Origin: Selaginella moellendorffii
Lineage: Eukaryota > Plantae > Lycopodiophyta
Direction of reading: 5' to 3'
Length of the DNA: 64,000 nucleotides
NCBI RefSeq assembly: GCF_000143415.4
Contig: NW_003314264.1
Span: forward strand, 3,047,710-3,111,709
How positions within the stretch are numbered: the first letter of the stretch is position 1; each line of letters begins with the position of its first letter. The position numbers were made by a program, and so were the translations under genes. The notes under the pieces are model-generated. The model had not been told where the DNA came from. It did not search any database and was given only the letters and a program-made list of their open reading frames with translations. Below are positions 35,654 to 48,033 of this stretch, piece after piece.

Positions 35654-36694
35654 GTTTACTAATAAAAAAATTATTAAAAGATACTGATGATACAAATAAT
35701 CTTCAATATTTAAAAGAGTGGGATTTCCTTGATAAAATTTAAGTGCACAATCTAAATAAAGTACAGAAATTTTTAAATGCAATATGTCCCCACACTCAAA
35801 AGTCCTTAAAACAGTTTGATTGTTTTTTCTTCTCATGGACAAGAATGGTCCATTCTAGCTCCTTGTGTAGACTAATTTATGCGAAGAGGGGATTCATGCA
35901 AGGATATTAAGAGCAACAGCTTAGATACTTGCCTACTGAATGTTTATGGAAAATCCAGGAGCATGGATGAGTGCAGCATGTGTCTAGTGCCTAGGAAGTA
36001 AACCCTCTGTGACTACCTGAAAATGGCAAAGCCATCTAGACATTGGAGCTGGATTACTTGATACACAATCCCTACATAAAACTTATCCCAGCCTCTTCGG
36101 CTCTTTGCCAGCCAGCTCCCCAACATCACCTTCTCCCGCCTCTTGGACTGCTGCATTGACAGGCATGCGTTTTCAAGGCCAATGGCATCTAGTGTTGCAA
36201 GTTGTTTTTGTAGAAGAAGTACATCCCATCAGACAGGATCCAAAGTCCATGGGCTAGCTACAACATATGAGGTTGTCTATGGGGAAGGCAGGGATTAATG
36301 ATTTGCTACCTATGGCTTATCCATGTGTTTCTAGAGAGGCAGCAGATGGCTTCCTAGATTGCCCAGATGCTTGAGATCTTTCCTCTCAAGCTCTAAAACC
36401 TATCTTTTATGCTCTTCCTCTGCAAAAGCACATTCAAGTATATTCTTTACACCCTTAAACCAAATTCTTCTTAAGCAAGGTACAAAATTATTTTAACTAT
36501 TAAATTGTTATTAATTTTTTGGACAAAAGAAATTTTAGATTAATATTGATGTTAAGGTTAAGGTTAAGATGGCATTTTTCTAAAACATTAACATTTTTTT
36601 TTAAATTTGAAATGAAAATTGGCCTTTTTTGCTGTTGATGTCTATTATTGGTTTGCTTAGGGGTGGTAGAGAATATACCTAGATTATGCTTGGA

Positions 36695-36888
36695 TATTCT
36701 AGGATATTCTACCATCTAACAGTTGTTATTCATTTAGATTAATTTTATATTTATAATTTATAAACATGTTTATAATTTATAAACTTTTCTAAATGCTTCT
36801 TAGTATATTCTAGTTTATTCTACCATCTAATGGTTGATATGCAATAAGATTAATCTTGTATTATTAATTATAAACATGTTTCTAATTA
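36695..36888. repeat. AT-rich dispersed repeat, copy B
   Basis: Similar to 28151-28342. Confidence 0.7.
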
Positions 36889-37009
36889 AAATTCCATTTT
36901 ATTAATTAAATTAATAAATAAGAATAACAAGAAAACCATCCATGCACAGAAAATTATTTTAGTATTTTTCAGTTACCAAAAAATAGCATAAAAAAATCCT
37001 TCGTACTCT

Positions 37010-37082
37010 TGGTCCCGCTGAGTTTCGAACTCAGGATCTTTTGCGTGTAAAGCAAACGTGTTAACCACTTCACTACAGGACC
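37010..37082 (-). tRNA. tRNA-Val(TAC)
   Basis: GGTCCTG...TTTGC TT TAC AC GCAAA...GTTCGAAA...CGGGACCA. Confidence 0.9.
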
Positions 37083-37169
37083 CATCCAATGAGAGAGAGA
37101 GCAGCAAAATTTCCCTCCCCCAAAAAGCCCACTCAAGTGTGCAGCTAAAAGTAAATTTTGACTTTGAGG

Positions 37170-37242
37170 TGGTTCCACTGAGTCTCGAACTCAGGACCTT
37201 TTGCGTGTGAAGCAAACGTGATAGCCACTACACTATGGAACC
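37170..37242 (-). tRNA. tRNA-Val(CAC)
   Basis: GGTTCCA...TTTGC TT CAC AC GCAAA...GTTCGAGA...TGGAACCA. Confidence 0.92.
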
Positions 37243-37353
37243 TAGTTGACACACAGATGAAATATTCCTTTCTGCCACGTGAAATCCCAGCACTGGACCC
37301 GTTTAGTGCGATTTACTTTGGGAAAATCTTGCGTGAGGGTTGTGTCATCATCT

Positions 37354-37426
37354 GGTTCTATAGTGTAGTGGTTATCACATTTGCTTAACACGCAAAAGGT
37401 CCTGAGATCGATGCTCAGTGGAACCA
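37354..37426 (+). tRNA. tRNA-Val(AAC) with variant T-loop (GATCGAT)
   Basis: GGTTCTA...TTTGC TT AAC AC GCAAA...TGGAACCA followed by a T-run. Confidence 0.85.
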
Positions 37427-37488
37427 AATCCCCAGTTGCTCAAATTTTTTTTCTTTCCTCTTTACGCCACCGCACCACTTCACCGCCA

Positions 37489-38688
37489 ATGGATTTGGAC
37501 TACGTGAAGCTCGGCGATGGAAGATTGGTAGCGTTTCGGGAGCTGGGCTGCCCGCGCGAGGCGGCGTTGCGATCGCTCCTGGTTCTCCACGGACTTGGAT
37601 CGTCCCGGATCGCAGCGATTCCTGGTAGGATTTCTCCTCTCTTTTTGCCTCTTGTTGAGCTCCAAGAAGAAGAACCAAGAATGTAGGTGTTCGCCAGGAG
37701 CTCCTGGAGGAATTTGGCGTGCGGCTGGTCGTGATTGACAGGGCAGGATATGGCAAGAGCGATCCCGACCCCAACCAGACCCTGCGCTCGTCGGCGGTGG
37801 ATTTGGAGGCCATCATCGACAAGCTGGAGCTGGGGCGCAGGGTGTGGCTCCTCGGATACTCGGGCGGCGCTGGCTACTGCTGGGCTGCCGCGCGGTACAT
37901 TCCTCACAGGATCCACGGCATTGCTCTCTGGGCGCCCGTTGGAAACTACTGGTGGAAGGTAGGCAAACTCTTTCCTTGAAAAGGATCACTCTCTCGTGTT
38001 CTTGTGATCTTTCTACTTTGAGCAGGGAATTTCGGATGCTCAGCGCAAGTCCATGATCTCGACTCTCACTCCAAACACCAAGCTTCTCTTCTCGTATATG
38101 AAGTATGTTCCACCTTCGATCCTCCGCCTCTATGCGCGATTTGTGCTCGCTCGCCGAGCGGGGCAGCGATGGGTGGATCACTGCAAGGCGACGCTTTCTC
38201 CCCCGGATCAAAAGCACCTCGCGCAGCACGAATTCGCCGGACTCCTGCTCAAGTAAGTCACTCGCTAGATTTTTGTCTCTCGCTCGCGCCAACTTTGCGG
38301 AAGCAGGGACAACCTTGAGTCGATCACTTTCAACCAAGGCGCTGGGCTGGCCAAGGACTTGGAGCTGCTTTGCTCCTGCGACTGGGGATTCGAGCTTGAC
38401 GAGGTTGGGCGGTGCTTCGCGGGGCCGATCCACATCTGGCAGGGAAGCGACGACCGGCTGGTGTCGCTGGAGCTGCAGCGCTGGATCAAGTCGACGCTGC
38501 CGCAGACGGTGGAGCTCCATGAACTCGACGGCGAGGGCCATCTTTCGTGGTTTTGCTTCAACGACGACTCGCATCGCCGTGTGTTTGAGACGCTCTTCGC
38601 CCAATCCCCTGCGTCGGAGATGTCATATCGATCAAGCGATCGCTCCTATTCTACGAGGAGAAAACTAGAGAACGCGAACCTGGTTTAA
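37489..38688 (+). CDS. Alpha/beta-fold hydrolase (four exons)
   Basis: LGDGRLVAFRE, LHG..SSR, DRAGYGKSD, GYSGG nucleophile elbow, WQGSDD, EGH. Confidence 0.92.
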
Positions 38689-38758
38689 GCAAGCTCGCCA
38701 TCGACCGTTTTCGCTTGATTGTAAACGAGCTAACGAACACTTATCGCAACTTGAGTTT

Positions 38759-41700
38759 TCATCCAAATCTGCCAGTGTTGAAAACGTCAGGCGGTCTATA
38801 CGGCCGAGGCCCAGCCACAGCTCTTGTGGTCGTCGAAATGGTGGTGTTCACAGGAGCCGGGCGCGGAGTAGCAGCATAGTATCCAGTCCCAGGATAGCTT
38901 GTCGATGGCAGCGAGCGTGAAATCCCAAACCTTTCCAGTCCAGACGTGGCACAGGAGACCTGCTGGTTGCTAATAGCTGGAGAGAATTGCTGCTGCTGGC
39001 TGCTGCTAATAACCGGAACGAATTGCTGCTGGCTGCTGCTAATAACCGAAGAGAATTGCTGCTGGCCGCTGCTAATAACCGGAGAGAATTGCTGCTCGCT
39101 GCTAGCGGTGAGAAAGTGCTGGCTGCTAACCGGAGGACTGTCGCAGCTGAGGGAGATGGTCTGGAACAGATCCGACGGCAAAAGATCGCTTGCGGACGGA
39201 TACACAGTCGGACTCTTGCATGACGAGGAAACTTGCGATGAACTTGTAGTAGCTGCTGCGGAAGACTCCACCTTGATCACCTGGCGGATCGGCATCGCGC
39301 ATACCGGGCACGAACTCCTGGAGTATGCACAGGAGAGACAGCAGCACATATGCGAACAATCCAGAAACACCTGCAATACATTTGCACAGCCATTAGATAA
39401 AACGTAGAAAAACAAAGACAACACTTACTGTGCTGGCATTCCGACTCGAGCACACGACGCAGCTTGATCGCCCAAGAGAATTTTCTCGTTGGCTCCCAAT
39501 AGCTCCCAGGCTACTACCACCTGTGGGAGGAGTTCCTGTTCTAGAGACTGGTTGATCTATCGCTGATGCTACTCGACAAGATGTATTCGCTAGTGCTAAT
39601 GCCTGGCGAACGTGAGGAGGCGCATACGTACCGGGCTTCACCGTTGGAAGAGAAGGAAGCGGTAGAAGCGGCTCATCAGTACGATGACTAAAATTCTCGG
39701 CTTGGTATGTTTTCATAGATGGTGAAGGAACTCTGGGCTGAACCGCAACTCCCTGACAAGGCGAAGGTGAAGAAGAATCGGAAGTTACGCTCTCAGCCTG
39801 TTCCTGCTCCTCATAATCCCCGTCCACGTCCATAGAAACTGCACATACTGAGTCTTCTGAAAGACCCTGGCTGATCCGTGGTGATGTCTCATCGTCTGTT
39901 GCTTCTGACTCAAACAAGGACCATCTCATGCCTTCCACACCGTCGTATAGGCTCTCGAACTTTCTCGAGTAAACTCTTGATTTGAGAACTTGAAGACGAT
40001 CCTCCAAAGAGCTGAAGCACACGCATACGCCATGAGTAATATCGAAATAGAAAAACCTATGAAGGTCCAGACCTTTGAGTCAAAGTTGCCAATCCAAATA
40101 CCAAGACCTTACAGCCATGATGCATATCAGTAATCTCGGAAGCGCTGTCAAGAGAATCTAAAAGTTCGTCAATGATTAATAGACGGCTGCTCTCGTCAAC
40201 TGCGATAGAAAATGTTAGAGACATTCAATGCTACAAGTCACATACCGCAACGAGTAGCTAGGCACGCTTGAACTAATTTCCATGATATAGAATCCATTAA
40301 CATATCAGGGTATTTTCCTTCCAGATTCTTGATTAGTTCTTCAGCTACTTCTTTAACTTCTACACTGTTCAACACATCAAACAAGGTTAGCATCACAGAC
40401 GAACGATGCGATGCATACTCAACATACCTCAATATACCTTGAAGGATTCTATGACCATTTTCTAAACCTGTAAGTTTTTTAGCATGACGGGCTACAATCA
40501 CAGCCGCTTTCATTGATCGATCGTCGGGTAATGACCACCGAATAATTTCAACAAGGAGTGGTCCAGTTACCTGCCAAAAGATGTGAACCCGCAGGTATCC
40601 AGCAAACGAGATCGTACCGGATGAACTCCAATGTTTAAAATATCAGCATTCGTTGTCATCTCCATAGCTAAATGCGCTAAACTTTTCACAGCTTCATCTT
40701 CAGGAAAACGAGGTTGTGGACCAGGACATCTAAGCGATGATATCAATCTCTCAGCCTGGAACATAAGATGAGCAAGTAGAAATGTCGATAATAGTCTACA
40801 GTATATACTGACCAACCATTGGATGACATATGCTCCAGATTGATGTAGAGACATAGCCGCCTACAACTTGGAGTTAAGGTCAAGATCGGGGACCACTGTT
40901 CCACTTACCACTGATCCAGTGATGCCCTTCATTACTAACCTAAGCTCTTCAGAACCTTGCACTAACGAAAGCTGGAAGAGAGTCAGGCCAAGGAAACATT
41001 AAGAACAAAACATACCATTTTCTGTACAGAGAAAGTCCCACGGGGATCATGAGCAGCTTTAACAAATCCATTCTTCCGGCATAGCGACCGAACAAGTGCA
41101 GTAAAAAATGATTCTCCATTTGTCGTGTCGTCACGAAATGCTGCTGCATAATCTAGCATGCCCTGAAGCACATAATTTGCTGATCCTGGATACCAAAAAC
41201 GAAGTGAGATTTCCATAAGAGCAGCAAAAGAAACAAACCATGCAGTGCTAGCCTCAAAGCAAAAGGAGTAAGCACATCCCGACAAGTCTTTGCCACTTTA
41301 TGCCGTTTAGAATAGTCTTCCCGCAGCATAAAAACTAGATTGATAGCTCTCTGGGCATCGTTCGTTGGTTAGCAGCATGCACAAAGAAAGGAGAAATCAG
41401 AAGAGCTCTCACCTTATCAAACGCCATAGCATGGATGTCTGCGTCTGGCCGGAGAGGAGGTATCACATACCCAGGAGGAACTTCGGCAACTTTAAACACC
41501 ATTTTCAGCCCACCAGTCGCGGCTCGGCAAGGAATGTAGTCATTTCCTCTGCCGATCGACATGTTTCCCCTCCTCCCAAAAATATTTTCTTCGGGTAAAG
41601 GTCTATACTCTACCTTTGCTGGAAAATTTACTGTTTCATTCTTTGTTGGTGGAGCGTCGAGGTACCCTTCGATCGTTTGCCGGCAAAATGGACACTTAAC

Positions 41701-41896
41701 ACCCTTATCAGCCTGCCAGGGAAGAACTTTAGCAAGGAACCACAAGCCAAGCGCCAAGGAAACAACGAACCTTATATACATTTGCTATTCGAATCTTTTG
41801 TACGCAGTCCTTGCAAGCCCGATGCGAGCAGGGACTGAAATACACATCGCATTTGGCCGCGTCGCAGATTACGCAGCACGAATCCTCCTGCGCCAT
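38759..41896 (-). CDS. Protein with N- and C-terminal C3HC4 RING fingers flanking Pumilio-like helical repeats
   Basis: CVIC...PCSH..C..C/CPFCR; LALHGSANYVLQ, AHDPRGTFSVQK, SLHQSGAYVIQ; CVVC...DCSHMCCC..C...CPVC. Confidence 0.7.
38960..39135 (-). repeat. Coding ~33-bp tandem repeat (SSQQQFSPVIS-like)
   Basis: Recurrent GCTGCTAATAACCGGAGAGAATTGCT. Confidence 0.8.
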
Positions 41897-42230
41897 CGCC
41901 CCGGCGATTCCCACAGCCGGAAATGCCCCGCCTGCCAAGGCCGCGGCGAAAGCCCTCGCCTTGGATCGATTGATCGATTGATCAAGGGAAGGCAAGAAAC
42001 TGACCTCGGCAGCTCCAAAATGTCGCCAGCGCCGCCGATCCAGGCGACCGACGGGAAGAATGGAACTCAAAAATCGAGGCGCTCGCTCTTCGCCCGGCCC
42101 AGAAATATGCGTGAGGGGTTTTAGGGGTGACGCGCCAAAAGACTGTGGAGTACGGCCACTACGGTACGACAGTGATACACAACGGTCATGGGTTCGATTC
42201 CATTCCTAAAATCACGCCATAGACGACTCA

Positions 42231-43902
42231 TCATCTCAATCTCCGGTTTAGTAGCTTCCACGCTCTCAAGGCCGAGTGCTTGAGCGACGCCGCGAGGCTG
42301 CGTTTCTTCGTGGACTCTCGATCCAAGGTCTTGTATGCTGCTGCTAGGATGAAGATCGCGGGGTTTAATCTGGAAGATCCGAAGGAGTGAGGATCCGGAA
42401 GAACAACAAAGCTAGCCATCGCTTACTTCGAAGGCGAAGGGATTTTCCTCTTGGGCTTAAACGTCTCGATGTACCAGCCGCCGATGTTGTGAGTGAGTGA
42501 TCTGGGCTGGAACAACCAGTATCTAAAACATTCCCTTCGTCGGTCATTCCTTCCTCTGGAAAAACAAGAAAAGGAAGAAAAAAGCAAACGTGTGATTCAC
42601 CTGCTAGGCAACAGCCACGCTCGCCTACACCGGCAATCACAGTGCATTCTCTCGTCTCCAATTCTATACCAGTGAAGATGCCTCACCTGTAAGTCTGGTC
42701 AGGTCATGCCGCTTTCATAGAGAAACTAAACTCCAACTAGAAATTCAAGCCGTCGTGTACGTACCATGGGTGTCCTGTGCTGTAAAACAGTGTGAGTAAC
42801 GACGCCCTCTCCGTCGAAAACAACGCCTTGGAGCCCCGCGTCCATGGCGGCCAGTCCCTGTATTCTTCCCAGGAGCTCGCCAGCACCGGCGTCATCGTCC
42901 GAGTAAACCGAGATAGAGTCGACGATAAAAGGCTCTTCCCGGATGTCTCCAGCGTACAAGGGCCTTCTTAGCGCGTAAGCTGCGACTCTTCCGTTGATCT
43001 TGAGCTCTAGCTTGTCATAAGCTGCTGCGTCAACCATCCGCCATAGCTTTTGCTCGTCGTCCCACGCTTGTCTCTCCCTGGGGAAGTTTTTAAGCTGGAC
43101 CCGCGACACCGAGACGGTGGCGAAGAGAAACCGGCCGTAAACGAGCTGGAGTATGTCACCGACGAGAGTGCTGGCCCTTTCCTCGGCCTCGAAAGCATCC
43201 GGTATCCCGCGGAGACCTCGACACTCTGGGCCATGGTAGATGTTCTTCAGCGCTGCCGCCAAGTCCGTGAGGAATGCCTGGTAGAGGTTGGTGGTGTGTC
43301 CCAGCTCCGACCTTTGATGGACAATCCTGGTAACTTTGGATCGGTACTTCCTCAACCATTCCACCACCTCCGAGTCATCAGCAGCGTCTGCGTAGGAAAA
43401 GCCACAGTTGGAGCTCTCCCAGTTTCTAGACGGCTTTGCTTTTCTCGAGGGCGGTGCTTGGGATGAAGACGATGGTGATGACACTGATCCAAACGATGAA
43501 AAAAACTCGCTGTCATAGATGGAACGCTTATGTGGGTCGGACAAGATCTGTGCAAGGAAGACAGTGAGCTCCACTCGAAAGAATGTAATCCCTTGCAGCC
43601 TACAAGCACCCCAAGCTACGCTAAGCTCACGAATAGCAAAACTAAAGCCAGACCTGGTACGCAGCTAGAACGCGGATGAAGCGGGCAGCGCTGTCTCCCC
43701 CGCCGCCAGCGCCTTGCAAATCCGGATGCGTCGCCTTGGCCAGCTGCTGGAACGCCTTCTTGATGTCGGCATTGGAGCAGTCGCGCTGAAGCCCTAGGAC
43801 CTGGTAGGCACTCTCCACCATCAGTTTGACGAAGCCCAAAAGTTTAGAAAACGGCCAAAGGGAAAATGTAGCTACTGAAATTTTTGGTCTGCCAATCGAC
43901 AT
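42231..43902 (-). CDS. DnaJ-domain (class C) protein
   Basis: AYQVLGL...IKKAF...THPD...F..V.AAYQ/ILSDP.KR..YD; C-terminal LNPAIFILAAAYKTLD. Confidence 0.85.
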
Positions 43903-43973
43903 CACTGTTCACATGAACCCCCACGTTAAGAATCGCAGAGAAAAAAAGAAAGAACGAAAGAAAGAGCGAACTC

Positions 43974-45431
43974 CTATGGCGCGGAGCTACGATCCGGTTG
44001 AGCTATCAGTTGCTGGAGCGTCATCTCGTGGCAGAGTTGGAACGAATCGCCGGACCAAATGGACTTCGCCAAGAACTCGTTGGCACGGTCAGTCGGATGA
44101 AACTCGTCCCACCATACGTGGGTGCTTGCGTTCTGACAGGCCATTTCTGGGAGCAAGCACATCAGCCACCCTCCGAATCGTCCCATACCACAGCACGCGA
44201 CGGTTGCAGTCTGGAAACCTGAGATTTGTTAAGGTGATCAGATTTTCACAAGGAAGAATTTTAGAATGGTGCATACGTACCAAAGCTCGAAGGATTTTGG
44301 ACGATCGGGAACAAACCGTCGTATATGTCGCAGTAGATAACGTCCAGATCTGTGTGGCTTTCATACATCTTCTCCACTTCGACTCGTAAAGCGTTGTTGT
44401 ATTCCTCCACCATGAAGTTGATCTCGGAGATACAGCTGCCCGTTTTGCTGCCGTCTTCGTATAGAAAGTAAGGTGTGCATCCGAGAGGACCAATACCCAC
44501 GACGACCATTTTACGAACGCCGACATCATACAAGATCTGGGGAGAACGCATCAGCAAAGCATAAACGCTGTCTAGACCAGTACCTTGAGCTGTGAAACCA
44601 GCGTTGCTACGAGCAAGTTGTTGAAGTCCAGTGGCGAGATGTCAGATTCTACACCGGAGACGTTCCTCAAGTAGTAGTGAATGAAGTCGTTGCTTCCGAT
44701 GGAGATGTAGTGCAGAGATCTGGACATCAACTTGCGAGCAGCTTCTCGTCCGTGATTAAACACCAGTTGGTCTTTGAAATCAGACACTTGCTGGATCTGT
44801 TCGACCAGAGGAATGTGTTGGCCCTGTATGGTAAAACACCCGAAGCCTCAATGACTTGTATTCGAAGAACAAAGAGAAAGAAAAATTACCAGGTCGCCAC
44901 CACTTTCACTGAGAATTCCAGCCCCAGCAGAAGCGAAGTTGGCACCGTGTCGCATGGTAGTGATGTTAAGTCCGCTCAGGAAAGGAGCCGGGAAAGGAAG
45001 CCCGATGAACTTTGCTGGAAAAAAAAAACACAAAAAAACCAGGCTATCAGATAATGCTTAAACCAAACGTTACCAAGGTAGTCGATGCTCAAGCGACCAT
45101 TGCTAAATCGTCCAGTCGGCTCGTGAGTGTCGAAATCCTTGCCATACGGAGGAATATCGGCTCTGGCCAGCGTCCTGAGGAAATTGTTGTTGCCGACATC
45201 GACAGTGGAGTCGCCGTAGACGAAATACGCTGGAACGAGCGGTACTGCGGCATTCTCCTGAACCAGCGGCTGATCTTGAGCATGAAAGAGCTGCGCGAGT
45301 GCAAGAATGCAAACTAGTGCGAGAAATCGAGCTGCATTTTCAGGAATTTGCCTCAGATATCCAAGAAACCGCCACGGCGCATAGCAAAACCAGAATCTTG
45401 AGCGATCGCACGAACCTGGGCCTGGCGCCAT
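43974..45431 (-). CDS. GDSL esterase/lipase (five exons)
   Basis: [39 protein letters not shown]. Confidence 0.95.
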
Positions 45432-45748
45432 GATCAATCCCTCGCGCTCGTCCGCAAAACCCTACCACATAGGCGCGAAATACAAAAGCCCTTTTAGTTT
45501 TATACAATATTCTTGCATCTTTTTAACATTAAGCTCTTGTTTTATCTTTAATTGGTACAATGGTTTTCTATACACTGGGATATTGGATTTGTCCCAAACA
45601 AATCAACACGAAACTCTCGATCGACTTGCGTCTATACGAACGATTCTTCTATCCTCCTTTATCATCGTGCTAACTGGTCGTGAAAATCCTGGCACAAAAA
45701 TACCAAGCACAAAAGAAATCAAGCATCGAACTATCGAGAAGACAACTT

Positions 45749-48033
45749 TCACAGTACCTTGAGCAAAGAGGCATCGTCGTTCGCTTCCTTCGAAGAAGAG
45801 CTGCTTCTCGAGCTCAAGCTTCCGCTGGACGAGTGTTCCCGAGTCAGGTAGAGAGATCCCCTCGTCAGAGTGGAAAAGTCTGGAGGAAATGGATCTCTGA
45901 TCTCGCTGGCGCTGCTCTGAGAAGAATCGGACGTGACTGGAGGACCAACACGGAGCTTGTTGATGCGCTCGAGCCGGTCTTGGACTTCCATGGAAAGATG
46001 GCCAAAGCACGTCACGCAGACGCAAGTGCTGTCGAGGCCGCACCTCCCAACGGGACCATGAGGAGAAATTCGAGTGTGCTTGACGCAAAACACTCGCTGA
46101 CACTCCCGGCAGTAGTGCTTGCTAAATCTCATACGCCAGTCCGTCGGGTTGTACCACCGATCAAAGCGATGCTTGCAGCCATCGTAGTTGCAACTGCAGA
46201 GTCACACGGCGTCGGTTAAGTCCGCTGGTGAAAAAACGACCGAACTCAAGGCTTACCGGTGCCGCCTTCTTTGCTTGAGAGCGGAGGCTTCCAGCTCTCT
46301 CAAGGAACCGCCGGCGCTTCGTTCGCTTTCATTTAGATTCGCAGGCGAGGAAAGAGACCGAGCTTCCACCGTTTGTCCCGAGTCCGCACTGTCCTCTAAA
46401 GCATCCAGTTCGATCGCGCTGGACGACTTCCCCAGTTTGGTGAGGGTGCTGGCCATGCTGACAAATGTTCTCGCTATGTCCAGCTTCTTGCTCTCGTTTA
46501 ACTGGGCGTTTTGAATAGCGGCGAGCATCTCATCTATGGTGCAGTCTGGAGTCGAGTATCCTATAGCGTCACGGAAGCTGTCGCTGGGACTGAGAACTTT
46601 TTCCTCCATGCATTCCGTCGACCTTAGTTGCGGGCACGCTTGCTTCGACAAGATAAAAACCTTCCGCTGTATTGACAGCCATCCCCGGCATAGCGACACG
46701 AAACCACGAGCCAATGTTCTCAGCCAAAAGTTTTCACTGTCCCGAGCCGCATAAACTGTCAAAGTCGCACGCTTGAAGAACTTTCTCAGCACAACCACTG
46801 CGGCCAGCGTCATGCGGAAAAAGAAGCTCTGCCTTGAAAGAACTCCCAAGAGAAAAAGCCCGCCATTGACAGACCATATCCATCCCCAAGGAGTAGTGCT
46901 CGTCTCGACCGATTCTTGCTGCTTGAGGTTCACCACCTTCGCACCATGAACTAATGGCGCAGGAACGAAGTCCGAATTCTTTGCAACCGGATTCAATGTA
47001 ACGGAGCGAGGTGACGCTGTGCAGTTGGTGATAGTAACCCACTCGGACGGACCATGACCACCCCAAGTTTGCATCCTGTAAGAATAAGCCTTTCCCAGGA
47101 ACAACTCGCCGCTGTCAAAAAACGAAGTCTCTTTCGTATCGGCCAGTGGCAACCACGCTGATGCTGCCCCGGACCACCTATAGAGCCGATACTTATGAAA
47201 CGGTGGATATCCAGCAGTCGCCGGAGGCTCCCAGTTGATCTGAATGCCACCACAACTCGAAGGTTGGCAACCCATTCCCTGAGGAGCACCGGGAGTGGTT
47301 CCAAACCCGAAGATCAGACGGACAATGGCACCTGTTATCTTCCTCCGGTGCAACGAGCTCGACACTCCAAGTTCTTCCGCAAGAGCACGGCCTTCGTTCT
47401 CAATGAGCGAAAGGAAGTCAAGCCCGTCGATGGCGTTTCGTTGGAAGGCATCCGCATACTGTGGAAGCTGCAAGCCGTGTGAGACCCAGTTCACAACCGT
47501 ATCAGCTGTGAGCATATTTTGCAAGTGATCCTGTTAGAGTTTGACACGGTAAGTGCTACGTAAAGCCAGAAAAAAAAAATCAACGATTCACCTTCATCTC
47601 CTCGGAAGAAATTGTTGTTCCTCCATAGCTAAACTCAAAGTTTGGCCCAAGAGGAGGAGCATCCCTTGACGAGCCCCCGGCCTCTTCTTTAACATCAGAC
47701 GAAGCGTCCAGTTCGGACAGAAACTGGACCACAAATAAAAAGAGTGGTGTTGAAAAATCTTCCAAACAAGTAGCGCATACCTTAGTCGCTTCATGACGCT
47801 CGATCTGTCCATCCCCGTCTCGATCGACCGAGCAAAAGAATTTGTGTAGATTGTAAATCGTGCCTGTCTCACACACACACACGAAATCCCTGAATGAGAA
47901 CGCGAATCACTGCTCATTTCGGACAGGATGCACCTCTGGCGGAATGGCAAGTAGAAATCCTGGCGAGCAGCGCAAGAACTAGAAGAATCCAGAAAATCTT
48001 GGGGCAGCCCCAGCGGCTCATCGGCCGAACCAT
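45749..48033 (-). CDS. Signal peptide-EF-hand-SAM-FN3-TM-FYVE-like zinc finger protein (STIM-like EF-SAM), ~677 aa
   Basis: Exons 48033-47934, 47863-47781, 47723-47592, 47530-46257 and 46193-45749 join in frame through GT-AG introns; EF loop DRDGDGQIERHE; SAM VVNWV...LPQY...HRRKI...IFG. Confidence 0.8.

Noticed and set aside
35543-35842. ORF with a YIYIYI run
   Set aside because: Artefact of the (AT)n microsatellite
35900-36400. Possible DIRS/RNase H-like remnant (VPRK.N..CDYL, LFAS)
   Set aside because: Too degenerate to support without a profile search
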